64,000 nt of DNA from Actinomycetes bacterium (GCA_021798985.1 JAJZBI010000006.1:74716-138715); one strand, 5' to 3'; positions 10,624-26,049 are shown, counted from the first letter of the stretch. A program made the numbers and translations. Notes: generated by a model from the letters alone, not told the origin.

Positions 10624-13323
10624 ATGGGGCACGTGAGGTTCATAGCCAAACGAGGTAGCGATCGGCTAAGGGCTGGCTTTAAATATGGCAAGGCAGCGGG
10701 GATCATTCTCGTTGGTGTGCTGGCTGGCGGCGTTGCGTCCGTCCCGATCGCCGCGGAGGCAAGCGCCGCTGGTGGTACTGCGTATTACGTGGACAACAGT
10801 GCGGGTGCGAACTGCAGTGACGCGAACCCGGGCACGTCAGCATCACAGCCATGGTGCGACTTCGCGCCGATCAATGCGATCTCTGCCGGCAGAGGGTTCT
10901 CTCCAGGCGACTCCATCAATCTTCGGTCTGGTGATACCTGGACAGGCCAGGAGATGACGCTCAGCGGCACCGGGACCTCTGCGAACTGGATCACCGTGAC
11001 CTCCTATGGATCCGGTAGTCGACCGTCGATCGTTGGTGAGGGAGCCGGTACGGCATCGATTGACGTGCTCGTCACGAATCCTGACTATTGGCAGTTCAAC
11101 AACCTCTCGGTCAGCCAGGCGGGTGAGGGAATCATGGCCTGGTTCTCGACCGGCGATCACCAGGGATTGCGATTTACGAATATTTCATCGAGCGGCATCG
11201 GTGGAACCAATATCAATGGACCGTTCGGGCCGCACACGCCCATTTACACCACGTACCACGTGACGCGGTCGTCGGCGATCGAGGTCGCCTCGTATGCCAC
11301 GTTCTCGCCGACGCAGTACGTCGATGAGAACATTCTGCTCTCGGATGTGTCGGGGATTGGCAACCAGGACACGGTATCCTTCCAATATCAAAATCCCGAT
11401 GCGACGGCGGGAGAGAATCCGTCCTTTTCTCCACCGGGTGACACGGCCTACAGCAATGTTACGGTCCGTGGTCTCGACCTACAGAACGGCGCGCAGAATC
11501 TCGCGAATGGAACGAGCGACGCCATTGACATATCAAACATCACGAATGGAACCGTCGTCGATTCAACGATCAACGATCAGTGCGCGTCGCATACGCGTAC
11601 CGGGACGGCGGCGGTGTTTACTGCACGTGATGTCAATGTGAACTTTGTCAACGACTCGATTACCAATGTTCCAAATACTGGTTCGTCGGATCAAACCGGA
11701 TTTGACTTTGAGAATACAAATGACCAGACCAACATTGTGAACAGCTACATCGGTGGCAATGCCGGTGCGGGTGTGGAAGTGCTCTCCATCCATGGTGGCG
11801 CGACCGAAAGCACTAATGTCGGTCTCTCGGGTAACCTGTTTGTCGACAATGGGGCGATATCGAACGGTTGCCGGGGAAGCATCTGCCAACTCGACTTGAA
11901 CCACACCGATTTGCCGACGGGTACGGTCAGCGACAATCTCTACGACGAGCCGAACGGGTTCCTCAGTACCGCTGGGACCGGGTCGTGGAGCGATTTCGCG
12001 ATTTCGAACAACGCAGCCGCCACGTCGGTCGCCAACGCCGGTTATGACTTCAGCGGCAACCAAGGCGGGTCGAACTGGTACTACCAGTCCAGCACGGATG
12101 GGAGCACCTGGACCTCGTTTCCCCAGAGTGACTACGTGAGCTCACTGAACCGCTGGAGTGATGGCGCGAGCGCGATTGGTCCGTACACGATGTTCGCCGG
12201 CGAGGGCGAGGTTGCGGCACGAACCTGGGTCGCGCCATCGAGCGGGGTGATCAACATCCGGGGAAGGGTGCTCAACCCTGCTGGTACCGATCAGGGCAAC
12301 GGCCTCGTCAGCACCGCGGGCGATCCTCTGGAGGTTCGGATCACGGAGAACGGTCGAACGATCTGGCCGACGGGCCAACGCCCTGCGGCGACGCCCGCGT
12401 CGACCCCGATCAGCACGCCCGGACGTTGGCAGACGGTTCAGGGCGCGAATTCGATCGGCGTGATCGCAAATGTCGACAATATCTCGGTGCAAAAGGGCGA
12501 CCAGTTGCGGTTCGAGGTGGCTCAGGTCGCGGGTGACCAGAACACGCCAGCAGCCGACACCATCAGCTGGGATCCCTCGATCGGCTATGTCGGTGCACCG
12601 GTCTCTAAGAGCTTCGCGGTTACGAGCGGCGGCAGCTACGGGGTTCACTTCTCAGCAGAGATTGGCCCCGGTCCATTTGTTGCGTCAATCGATGGCACCC
12701 GGGTCGGAACGTTTCAGTCGACGTCGGGTACCTACGCGTCCTACAACACGATGCCGACGAGCCTGACGGCCGGCACCCACACGCTCGAACTGCAGGAATT
12801 GACGCCGAGCACCAATACGGGGTTGATCAGCGAAGTCAATGCCATCGGAGTCAACACTCTGTTAGATGGGGATTTCGCAGCTCCAAATGTCAGCGGTACG
12901 CCCAGTGGGTATGCGTATGATCCCGCGGGAACGGCGTGGAACTACGCCGGACCGGCCGGGGTAGTGAAGCAATACGACAGACCGTGGGGAACGCCGGCAG
13001 CCCCAAGCGGGACGCAGATGGCACTGCTGCAACACGACGGAGCGATGAGCCAAAGCGTGGACTTCACCAGTGGCGGGAGCTACGTCGTTCAGTTCCAGTC
13101 GGCGATGCGAACCACGAGCGGTGGTCGGCAGACCTTCGAGGTGCTCGTCGACGGCCAAAGTGTAGGGAGCTTCTCGCCATCGTCAGGAAGATTCACGTCC
13201 TACGCCACAAGCGTGTTCAAGTTGAGCGCGGGTAGCCACACGATCGAGTTCGTGGGTACGTCATCGGGCGACGATACTGACTTCATCGGTGCGGTCGCCT
13301 TGGCACCGAGCTCACCGTCATGA
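10624..13323 (+). CDS. Exported beta-helix protein with two C-terminal carbohydrate-binding-module-like repeats
   Basis: Signal-anchor AAGIILVGVLAGGVASVPIAAEASAAGG, then YYVDNSAGANCSD and beta-helix-like repeats. The C-terminus carries duplicated SGGSYxVxF...G(T/S)HT(L/I)E domains. The start is uncertain (ATG 10612, ATG 10624 or GTG 10633, near GGGGGAGGAG). Confidence 0.75.
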   Translation: MGHVRFIAKRGSDRLRAGFKYGKAAGIILVGVLAGGVASVPIAAEASAAGGTAYYVDNSAGANCSDANPGTSASQPWCDFAPINAISAGRGFSPGDSINLRSGDTWTGQEMTLSGTGTSANWITVTSYGSGSRPSIVGEGAGTASIDVLVTNPDYWQFNNLSVSQAGEGIMAWFSTGDHQGLRFTNISSSGIGGTNINGPFGPHTPIYTTYHVTRSSAIEVASYATFSPTQYVDENILLSDVSGIGNQDTVSFQYQNPDATAGENPSFSPPGDTAYSNVTVRGLDLQNGAQNLANGTSDAIDISNITNGTVVDSTINDQCASHTRTGTAAVFTARDVNVNFVNDSITNVPNTGSSDQTGFDFENTNDQTNIVNSYIGGNAGAGVEVLSIHGGATESTNVGLSGNLFVDNGAISNGCRGSICQLDLNHTDLPTGTVSDNLYDEPNGFLSTAGTGSWSDFAISNNAAATSVANAGYDFSGNQGGSNWYYQSSTDGSTWTSFPQSDYVSSLNRWSDGASAIGPYTMFAGEGEVAARTWVAPSSGVINIRGRVLNPAGTDQGNGLVSTAGDPLEVRITENGRTIWPTGQRPAATPASTPISTPGRWQTVQGANSIGVIANVDNISVQKGDQLRFEVAQVAGDQNTPAADTISWDPSIGYVGAPVSKSFAVTSGGSYGVHFSAEIGPGPFVASIDGTRVGTFQSTSGTYASYNTMPTSLTAGTHTLELQELTPSTNTGLISEVNAIGVNTLLDGDFAAPNVSGTPSGYAYDPAGTAWNYAGPAGVVKQYDRPWGTPAAPSGTQMALLQHDGAMSQSVDFTSGGSYVVQFQSAMRTTSGGRQTFEVLVDGQSVGSFSPSSGRFTSYATSVFKLSAGSHTIEFVGTSSGDDTDFIGAVALAPSSPS

Positions 13324-13710
13324 CGAGGAACTGATCATCTGCGATGGCACGGGGCCCTTCGCCGTCCCGGGTTGGTGGTTGAACAAGCCGGCGAGCCGGG
13401 GAGGGTCCCGTGCGGCCCAGTATCCCGCGGGCCTGGGCCGGCGACGGTGTCTCGTGAGCGAGATGTCGCGCGTTGAGGGGCGTGGGACGCATGGCGCGCT
13501 GGTCCCCGGCGATGGCCCGCTGAGTCCGGCTCGATCGGACCGTGCGGTGCCGCCCGCGCGCCTGCTGTAGTTTGGGTTCTCCTTGCTCGTGGGCGCGATC
13601 GCACGTGGCACTGTGACCGGCGGTGGGAGATCCAGGGGGAGTCGGTGCGGCGGTCGGGCGACCAAAGCGCAGGCCGCCGCGCACGTGATGTGGCATTGAG
13701 GCTGGCGGTC

Positions 13711-14589
13711 TCAGTCCAGGCCGAACCAGCGCCTCGGGGTTTCCCAGAGGATCGCGTCGCGCTCGCGCGCCGACAGCGGCAGGTCGTACTCGACGTAGGC
13801 GAGCGCCTTGTCCAAGGGGACCTTGCGGTGCGCGCCGGGGAACCCGGTACCCCAGATCATCCGCTCGGCGGTGAAGTTCCTGCGCAGGAGCTCGACGAAG
13901 GGCCAGGTGTCGACCCATGGGTAGGCGAGGGCCGAGGCCTTCTCGTAGTCGCCGATCTTGATGATGCACGCCTCGTGCTCGGCGAGGCGCAGCACGGGCG
14001 CAAAGCGCGGGTAGGGGCTCGGCTCGGCGACGTCTGGCTTGGCGAGGTGGTCGATGACGACCCGTACGTCGGGGTAGCGCTCGAGCATCGCGGCGAGCGG
14101 GGCGGCGTTCTCGGGGACCATGTGGAACTGCAAGATCACGCCGAGGTCGCTGGCGGCGCCGAAGGCGCGCCGCGCCTCGTCGCTCTCCAGCCAGTGGACC
14201 ATTCCGGGGTAGAAGAGGTGGAAGCGAAAGCCCATCACCCCGGCGCGCGCCCAGGCCCCCATGGCCTCGGCAATGGCCGGATCGAACGGTTCGACCAAGC
14301 CGATCGCCCGGAAGGTCCCAGGGAAACGATCCACGCATTCGATGAGGTAGCTATTGTCGGCCCCGAGCGCGCTGTGCTGGACAAGCACGGCCGCAGCGAT
14401 CTTGTGCTCGTGCAAATCCTCGATCAGCCACTCCACGGGCGCGGATTGCTCGGGGATCCCCACGGACGCGTTGCGGAGCGGACGGAGGTCGGCATGGTCC
14501 TCGATGCGATAGACGTGGACGTGGGTGTCGATGCGCCGATGCGATTCCTCAGTAGGACCATCAAACTGGCGCTCCGTGCTCTGTGCCAC
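13711..14589 (-). CDS. Amidohydrolase-2 family metal-dependent hydrolase
   Basis: RIDTHVHVY metal motif, VVIDHLAKP and a TIM-barrel hydrolase length of about 290 aa. Confidence 0.8.
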   Translation of the reverse strand: MAQSTERQFDGPTEESHRRIDTHVHVYRIEDHADLRPLRNASVGIPEQSAPVEWLIEDLHEHKIAAAVLVQHSALGADNSYLIECVDRFPGTFRAIGLVEPFDPAIAEAMGAWARAGVMGFRFHLFYPGMVHWLESDEARRAFGAASDLGVILQFHMVPENAAPLAAMLERYPDVRVVIDHLAKPDVAEPSPYPRFAPVLRLAEHEACIIKIGDYEKASALAYPWVDTWPFVELLRRNFTAERMIWGTGFPGAHRKVPLDKALAYVEYDLPLSARERDAILWETPRRWFGLD

Positions 14590-14816
14590 GCTCCGTCTCC
14601 TGGTTGGCGCCGGCTCGGTGGAATAGCCGCTGCCAGGTCTGCGCGCTGCTCCCGGCGGCGGGCTCAGGCTACTGCGGCAAGCAGAAGCGATGGTGCCATC
14701 TTGTTCCTCACTGTTCGGGCCAACTCAGCCGGCGTCGGTTCCAAGGTGTTCGTCGCTGCGGGTAGTCGTTGTCCCGCAGTGCAGCCCAGCGCGCCGTGCC
14801 TTGAGCACGGCGTCGC

Positions 14817-15782
14817 TCAGTCGGACGGGTGGGTGTCAGGAGCGATGCCCCAGCTCATGGCGATCTCGTCGCCGACGCCGAGCGGGATCACGGCCTCGCC
14901 GCTTCGCAGGGCGTTGGGCGGACAGGTCATCGGCTCGAGCGCAAGGCCCCGGCGGCGCAGGTGTACGTCCATGTTGTCGCCGCTGTAGACCATGGCGTAG
15001 GCGAAGGCAGCGTCGGCCCACACGACGAGGTCGGGGTGCGGCGCGCGGCGGCGAAAGCGAGCGCGCCAGCGCCCGTCGTTCTCGGCTGATAGGTCGCCGA
15101 AGCAGTCGTTGATCACGAGCGTGCCGATCGGCGCGGCGCTCGGCCCGCGTACGAGGCGAGCGAATCCACTCGCTGCCGCCTCTTCGGTGCCGACGCGTTC
15201 CATGTCGGAATTGAGGCAGAGATGGCTGTTCGCGGGGAGCTCCAAGGTGCATCCCTCGATGGTCTCGGCGCCAGGGTGCAAATAGGCGTGGAAGCCGAGC
15301 CCGAAGGGCGCGACGACGTCACCGTGGTTGGCGATGCTGGCTTCGACCGCGAGGCCATTCTCGTCGAGGCGGTACTCGAGCTCGAGATCGACGCAGAAGG
15401 GATACGCGGGCTGGGCGTGGCAGGTGAGGCCGAGACGAACCCGCGCCGCGTCGTGGGCGAGCAGGCGCCACGGCTGCCAGCGCACCAGCCCGTGGTTGGC
15501 GCTCTTGGCCCCGGGGCCCTCGAGCGGCGCCTGGGCGTGGCGGCCGCCGAAGTCGAATGAGCCGCCGTTCAGCCGGTTGGGCCATGGCGCGAGCACCTGG
15601 CCCCGGCCACCGGTTGGGATCTCGTTGCGCCCGAAGCCCAAGATGAGCGGCGCACCGTCAAGCTCAAAGCTGCGCAGGGTCGCGCCGACCTCGGTGATGA
15701 CCGCCCGTTGGGCGCCCGAGGTGATCGCATACTGGCCTCCGCTGACCGGGCTCCAGGACGCATCGGCCAAGGATCGCACCAT
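14817..15782 (-). CDS. Aldose 1-epimerase (mutarotase) family protein
   Basis: GATLRSFELDG, GQVLAPWPNRL, GLGFHAYL and EPMTCPPNA motifs. Confidence 0.85.
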   Translation of the reverse strand: MVRSLADASWSPVSGGQYAITSGAQRAVITEVGATLRSFELDGAPLILGFGRNEIPTGGRGQVLAPWPNRLNGGSFDFGGRHAQAPLEGPGAKSANHGLVRWQPWRLLAHDAARVRLGLTCHAQPAYPFCVDLELEYRLDENGLAVEASIANHGDVVAPFGLGFHAYLHPGAETIEGCTLELPANSHLCLNSDMERVGTEEAAASGFARLVRGPSAAPIGTLVINDCFGDLSAENDGRWRARFRRRAPHPDLVVWADAAFAYAMVYSGDNMDVHLRRRGLALEPMTCPPNALRSGEAVIPLGVGDEIAMSWGIAPDTHPSD

Positions 15783-15851
15783 GTCAGCCGAGCGCGCCGG
15801 CGCGAGAGACGGCCGGCCACATCGCCAGGAGGCGCCGCGGGCTCGGCTCGC

Positions 15852-16379
15852 TCACGACCTCGGACCCGGGCCGATGATGTCGGCGCCGAGCGCCAGGCAT
15901 TCGGCACAGATCGCCGCGCCCGATCCGCTCGCCATGTCCGTCACCTGGGCGCGGCGCTTGCCACAGAAGCTGCAGACCTGCTCGACCTCCTCAGATGGCA
16001 CCGCGCGGGCGGGTGGCGCGGCGATCGCCGCGGCGCGCCCTTCGAGCATCGTGCCGATCGCGGCGATGCACTGGCCGCAGATGTAGCGGTTCGGTCCGGC
16101 GATGAGGTGGCTGACCTCGTGCTGGGCGCGCCCGCAGAACGAGCAGCGTCCCGAGTCGTGCTCGGCGGCAGGTGGGGAAGTGGGCGCATCGCCACCCGGG
16201 TGGGTGAGCCCAGCCATGCCGAGCGCTTCGGCGATCTCTTCGGGTGTGGCCCCGGAGCGCTCGAGTGCTTCGACGGCCCGCTGCAACGCGGCCTCGGCTG
16301 CCGCGAGGCGCTGGCGCGCCGCGGCGAGTGCCTCGTGGCGTGCGCTGGCCTCGGCGAGCAGGGCCGGGTCGAGCACCAT
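15852..16379 (-). CDS. Protein with an N-terminal helical region and two ClpX-type C4 zinc-finger domains, no AAA+ module
   Basis: CSFCGRAQHEVSHLIAGPNRYICGQCI and CSFCGKRRAQVTDMASGSGAAICAECL both match the ClpX N-terminal zinc-binding domain pattern C-x2-C-x18-19-C-x2-C. Confidence 0.75.
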   Translation of the reverse strand: MVLDPALLAEASARHEALAAARQRLAAAEAALQRAVEALERSGATPEEIAEALGMAGLTHPGGDAPTSPPAAEHDSGRCSFCGRAQHEVSHLIAGPNRYICGQCIAAIGTMLEGRAAAIAAPPARAVPSEEVEQVCSFCGKRRAQVTDMASGSGAAICAECLALGADIIGPGPRS

Positions 16380-16424
16380 GCCCGAAGGTTATGGACTGGC
16401 GCAAGCAAAGTCGACCCGCCCCGC

Positions 16425-17723
16425 TCAGTGCGCCTCCGCTCGCAGGCGCACGACCACGATGGCCATGTCGTCGCGGTCTTGGGGAGCACGGTGGTCGAGC
16501 ACGGCGCGCTCGAGCCGCCGGGCGACGCCCTCGGCCGAGCGGCCGACTGCCCCCGCCAAGGTGGCGAGTGCGCGCTCCTCGCCAAAGGGCTCGCCGCGCG
16601 CGTCGCGAGCCTCGAGGATGCCGTCGGTGTAAAAGACCAATGCGTCGCCGGCCTCGAGCTCGAGGCTTGCTTCACCGACGGGAGCGTCGGCCATGATCCC
16701 AAGGATGGTGCCCGTCTCGCTCGTCGCCGGGACCGCCTCGCCACCCGCGCGCAGCACGAAGGCGGGAGGGTGGCCTGCCGAGCCGAGCTCGACGTGAAGG
16801 CGCGCCGGGCGGTCCCGCTCGAGCCAGCAATGGGCGAGCACGGCGGTGCAAAAGCGCCCCTCGGAGGCGGCCCGGAGCAGGGCGAGGTTCATCTGGTCGA
16901 GCATCTCGGCGGGACGCGGCGCCTGATCGGCGAGCGCGCGGGCGGTGTAGCGGGCGATACCGGCGAGTCCGGCCGCCTCGGGGCCGATCCCGCTTGAGTC
17001 CCCTAACAGCACGTACCACCCCCCGGCGGGGTCAAAGAAGACGTCGTAGAAGTCGCCACCGACGAGATTGCCCGAGCCGCTCGGGCGGTACCGGGCGGCG
17101 AGGTCGACCCCGGCCACCGCCGGCAGCATGGGCGGGAGCAGCGTCTGTTGCAGCGCGGTGGCGATCCGGGTCTGCTCGGCGACGGCATCGCCCATCACCA
17201 GCATCTGGGCCAGGTGGCGCACGAGGGCGGTGGCGAGCGCGATCTGGCGCGGCGAGAAGGCCCGCGCCCGGTGGTGGCCGATGAGCACCGCGCCGATCGG
17301 CTCTTCTTCGCCGATCGGCAGCGCGAGCAGGCAGCGCAGGTCCCGGCCGTCCAAGGTGACGAGCCGCTGGTGTGCGGCCGCGGCGGGATCGAGATACGCG
17401 GTGTCGGCGACATGGACGAGCTGGCCGTCGAGCGCCGGCGCCAAGACGGCGAGACGGGCGGCGTCGATCTCACCGAGCCATTCGGCGTCGGGGCCGCCGA
17501 CCGCAGGGCGCGCCAGGCGCTCGGGTAGCACGACGAGGGCGACGCGCCCCCCGGTGATCGCCGCGGTGGCACCGGCGACGGTCCGCGCCAGGCCATCGAG
17601 GTCGCTCGACGGCGCGCCCGAGGCCAGCAGGGAGAGCACTCGCTCGAGGCGGTCGCGCTCGGCGATGGCGGCGAGCGCCCGGCTGCGATCGAGCCCGCCG
17701 AGGTCGCCGTGGTCGCCCTCCAC
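16425..17723 (-). CDS. GAF domain-containing PP2C (SpoIIE/RsbU-type) serine phosphatase
   Basis: N-terminal GAF-like region, then the PP2C motifs LVGGDFYDVF, YVLLGDSSGIG and LVFYTDGILEAR. Confidence 0.85.
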   Translation of the reverse strand: MEGDHGDLGGLDRSRALAAIAERDRLERVLSLLASGAPSSDLDGLARTVAGATAAITGGRVALVVLPERLARPAVGGPDAEWLGEIDAARLAVLAPALDGQLVHVADTAYLDPAAAAHQRLVTLDGRDLRCLLALPIGEEEPIGAVLIGHHRARAFSPRQIALATALVRHLAQMLVMGDAVAEQTRIATALQQTLLPPMLPAVAGVDLAARYRPSGSGNLVGGDFYDVFFDPAGGWYVLLGDSSGIGPEAAGLAGIARYTARALADQAPRPAEMLDQMNLALLRAASEGRFCTAVLAHCWLERDRPARLHVELGSAGHPPAFVLRAGGEAVPATSETGTILGIMADAPVGEASLELEAGDALVFYTDGILEARDARGEPFGEERALATLAGAVGRSAEGVARRLERAVLDHRAPQDRDDMAIVVVRLRAEAH

Positions 17724-17726
17724 CGA

Positions 17727-23625
<5,899 letters not shown>

Positions 23626-24025
23626 CTTTCGTCACCTCATCCAATCGAGCCAGCCCTGCGCTAGCGCACACTAGTCGCTCTTTGCTGCCATGCAAGCTGC
23701 CCGATCAGGCAACCCCCAGGTCGTAGGTTTGGCCGTATCGCAGAGCGGGAATGCAGCAGAGCGACGCAGTCGGGACCCGCCAGCCCTGATCTCTGCGTCC
23801 GGCGGCTCGGGCCGCTTGGTTTGTCGCGCCCGTTGATGCGCGCCGGGCGAGCTCGAGCATCACGTTCACCCCAAAGGCCCGCGGCGAGCGCTCGCCGCGG
23901 TCACCGCCCGAAGGGGCATCCCCACAACCTCGCTCGTTGGCGCTGGTGGCGCGCCGTGGCCCATGATCGCCGGGCAGCCGGGGTGCCACTGGGGACACCC
24001 CGGTCCGTCGTCTGGAGGACTTGGA

Positions 24026-24934
24026 ATGCGCCTCGCCACGGTGGCCTCACCTGATGGGCCGCGCCTCGTCGTCGCGTCGACGAGCGGCACGGGCTACGTC
24101 GACGTCGCCGAGGCGACCGGGATCCCTCGCTACCGCGACCTGAACGCGGTGCTCGGCGAGTGGGACGTGGCGCAACGCGCGCTTGGCGAGGCGGCAGCTC
24201 GCCCCGGCGTGAGCGTCGCGCCCGGCGAGTTCGCGCCGGCGGTGCCGGCGCCCCGCCGGGTGCTCTGCCTCGGGGTGAACTATGCCCAGCACGCCATCGA
24301 GCGCGGCAGCGGCGTCCCGAGCTGGCCGGAGTGCTTCGTGCGTGGGCCGGACTCGGTGGCTGCCCCTTACGGCGAGCTCCGCCGCCCGGCGCTGAGCGAG
24401 CGCTTCGACTTCGAGGGCGAGCTCGGGGTCGTGATCGCCAAGAGCGCCCGCCTCGTGCGGCGCGAGCGCGCGCTCGAGGTGGTCGCCGGCTACGTCGTGT
24501 TGAACGACGGAAGCGCCCGGGAGTGGCAGCGCGCCGCGACCCAGTGGACGCCGGGCAAGAACTTCGACGCCACGATGCCGATCGGGCCCGAGATCGTCAC
24601 CGCCGACGAGCTCGATGCGAGCGACCTCGAGCTCACGACGCTGCTGAACGGCGAGGTCATGCAGCACGCCCGGACGTCGCAGATGATCGTCGACATCCCG
24701 ACGACGATCGAATACCTCTCCTCGTTTACCACCCTGCGCCCTGGTGACGTGATCGCGACCGGGACGCCCGGCGGCGTCGGCCGAGACCGGACCCCGCCGG
24801 TGTTCTTGACCGCCGGCGACCTCGTCGAGGTGAGCATCGAGGGAATCGGCACGATCGCCAACCGCGTCGTCGACGAGGACCCGCTCGACGAGCCGTGGCC
24901 CTGGCAGCCCCTCGGGCGGACAACCGCCAGCTGA
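24026..24934 (+). CDS. Fumarylacetoacetate hydrolase (FAH) family protein
   Basis: FDFEGELGVVI, VLNDGSAREWQ, KNFDATMPIGP and GDVIATGTPGGVG motifs. ATG 24026 follows GGAGGA. Confidence 0.85.
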   Translation: MRLATVASPDGPRLVVASTSGTGYVDVAEATGIPRYRDLNAVLGEWDVAQRALGEAAARPGVSVAPGEFAPAVPAPRRVLCLGVNYAQHAIERGSGVPSWPECFVRGPDSVAAPYGELRRPALSERFDFEGELGVVIAKSARLVRRERALEVVAGYVVLNDGSAREWQRAATQWTPGKNFDATMPIGPEIVTADELDASDLELTTLLNGEVMQHARTSQMIVDIPTTIEYLSSFTTLRPGDVIATGTPGGVGRDRTPPVFLTAGDLVEVSIEGIGTIANRVVDEDPLDEPWPWQPLGRTTAS

Positions 24935-24986
24935 GCGAGGCGCCCGGCTGTGCGGGTGCGCCCGCACCCCCGGGCGCCCGGATGGC

Positions 24987-25442
24987 TCAGTCCGAGGCTG
25001 GCGCCGGCGCGACGGCCACCGTGTTGGCCGCTTCCTCGCCGGCCGGGCAGGAGGAGGCCACGCGCTCGAGGTCGCCGAGCGCGATCTCGCTCGTCATGTT
25101 GCCGCCGCACTGCTCGCACTGGGCGGTGTGGCGCCATGAACGCAGCAGCCGCGTGCCCGAGGCGTTCAAGATGACGACGAACGCATCGGACTCGGGATGC
25201 AAGATGAGGCGGTCATAGGCGCGCCACTCCGTGGCGACCGGACGGCCCATGTTCTTCAAGATCCTGCAGAACTGGCGTCGCTGCGTGTTGAACAGCCAGG
25301 TGCTATGGCAGGACTCCAGCACGAAGACCTGGTCGTTGCTGCTCGAGCCCATCAGCCGGGTGAGGCGCCCTTCCTCCTCGCCGCGATCGGCATGTGCGAT
25401 CGGACGTCGTAGTGCCTCGGTGAGTCGCGCGAAACTTCGCAC
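24987..25442 (-). CDS. Hypothetical protein (151 aa) with C-terminal CEQCGG motif
   Basis: The ORF has a plausible amino-acid composition, but I recognise no family. Confidence 0.45.
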   Translation of the reverse strand: MRSFARLTEALRRPIAHADRGEEEGRLTRLMGSSSNDQVFVLESCHSTWLFNTQRRQFCRILKNMGRPVATEWRAYDRLILHPESDAFVVILNASGTRLLRSWRHTAQCEQCGGNMTSEIALGDLERVASSCPAGEEAANTVAVAPAPASD

Positions 25443-25518
25443 CGTGCCTCCGTGTGGTCGCGGGCAAGATGCCCTCTCGTCGGTCGTGTACGGGACCCAT
25501 CACGATGGGTCGCGGCAC

Positions 25519-26049
25519 TCACCAGCTCGCTGGTCGCACCGAGTTCAACAGCGTTCGTACCGCGCCCTTGGTCGGAGCGGTTGCTCGCGCTGAGAGCAGG
25601 ACAAGGCGGTCTCCGAGCATAGAGCGCGCCCCGATGAGCATGCCGCCGCAGCGGATGGGACGGGGGAGCGCCGAGCAGGAGATGGCCTCGACGAGCGTCG
25701 TTCCCCGCTGGCCCGCGCCGACCCGACGGAATCGCCCGAGGCGGCTGACGGGCAGGGCCAGGCCGAAGCCAGGAGCCGGAACGTCTCCGCGGCGCCGGCG
25801 CACGAGGCCGAGCGCGGAGCGGCGGTGGACCGTGGCGACCTGGACGGCGAGTGCCTCGTCGCCGCGCCGGGCGAAGTAGCTCTCGCCGTCGCCGCGCACG
25901 AAACGGGCCGAGCGCGGACGCGCCGGAAAGGCCGCGACGAAGCGGCCATCAGGGGGACCGTAGCGCGGGGGAAGGAAGGCGGACTCGATCCCGACGCCGG
26001 TGCCGACCGAGATCAGCACGGCGGCAAGGAGGGTGCCGAACGCCGTCAC
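25519..26049 (-). CDS. Hypothetical N-terminally membrane-anchored protein (176 aa)
   Basis: Hydrophobic N-terminus FGTLLAAVLISVGTGVGI. No family recognised. Arg-rich, so the coding call is only moderate. Confidence 0.4.
   Translation of the reverse strand: MTAFGTLLAAVLISVGTGVGIESAFLPPRYGPPDGRFVAAFPARPRSARFVRGDGESYFARRGDEALAVQVATVHRRSALGLVRRRRGDVPAPGFGLALPVSRLGRFRRVGAGQRGTTLVEAISCSALPRPIRCGGMLIGARSMLGDRLVLLSARATAPTKGAVRTLLNSVRPASW

Noticed and set aside
13283-14988. ORFs of 351 aa (minus strand) and 447 aa (plus strand) overlapping the amidohydrolase gene
   Set aside because: The translations are Arg/Pro/Gly-rich and not protein-like. The 13711-14589 minus-strand frame has the HxH metal motif and a coherent hydrolase sequence.
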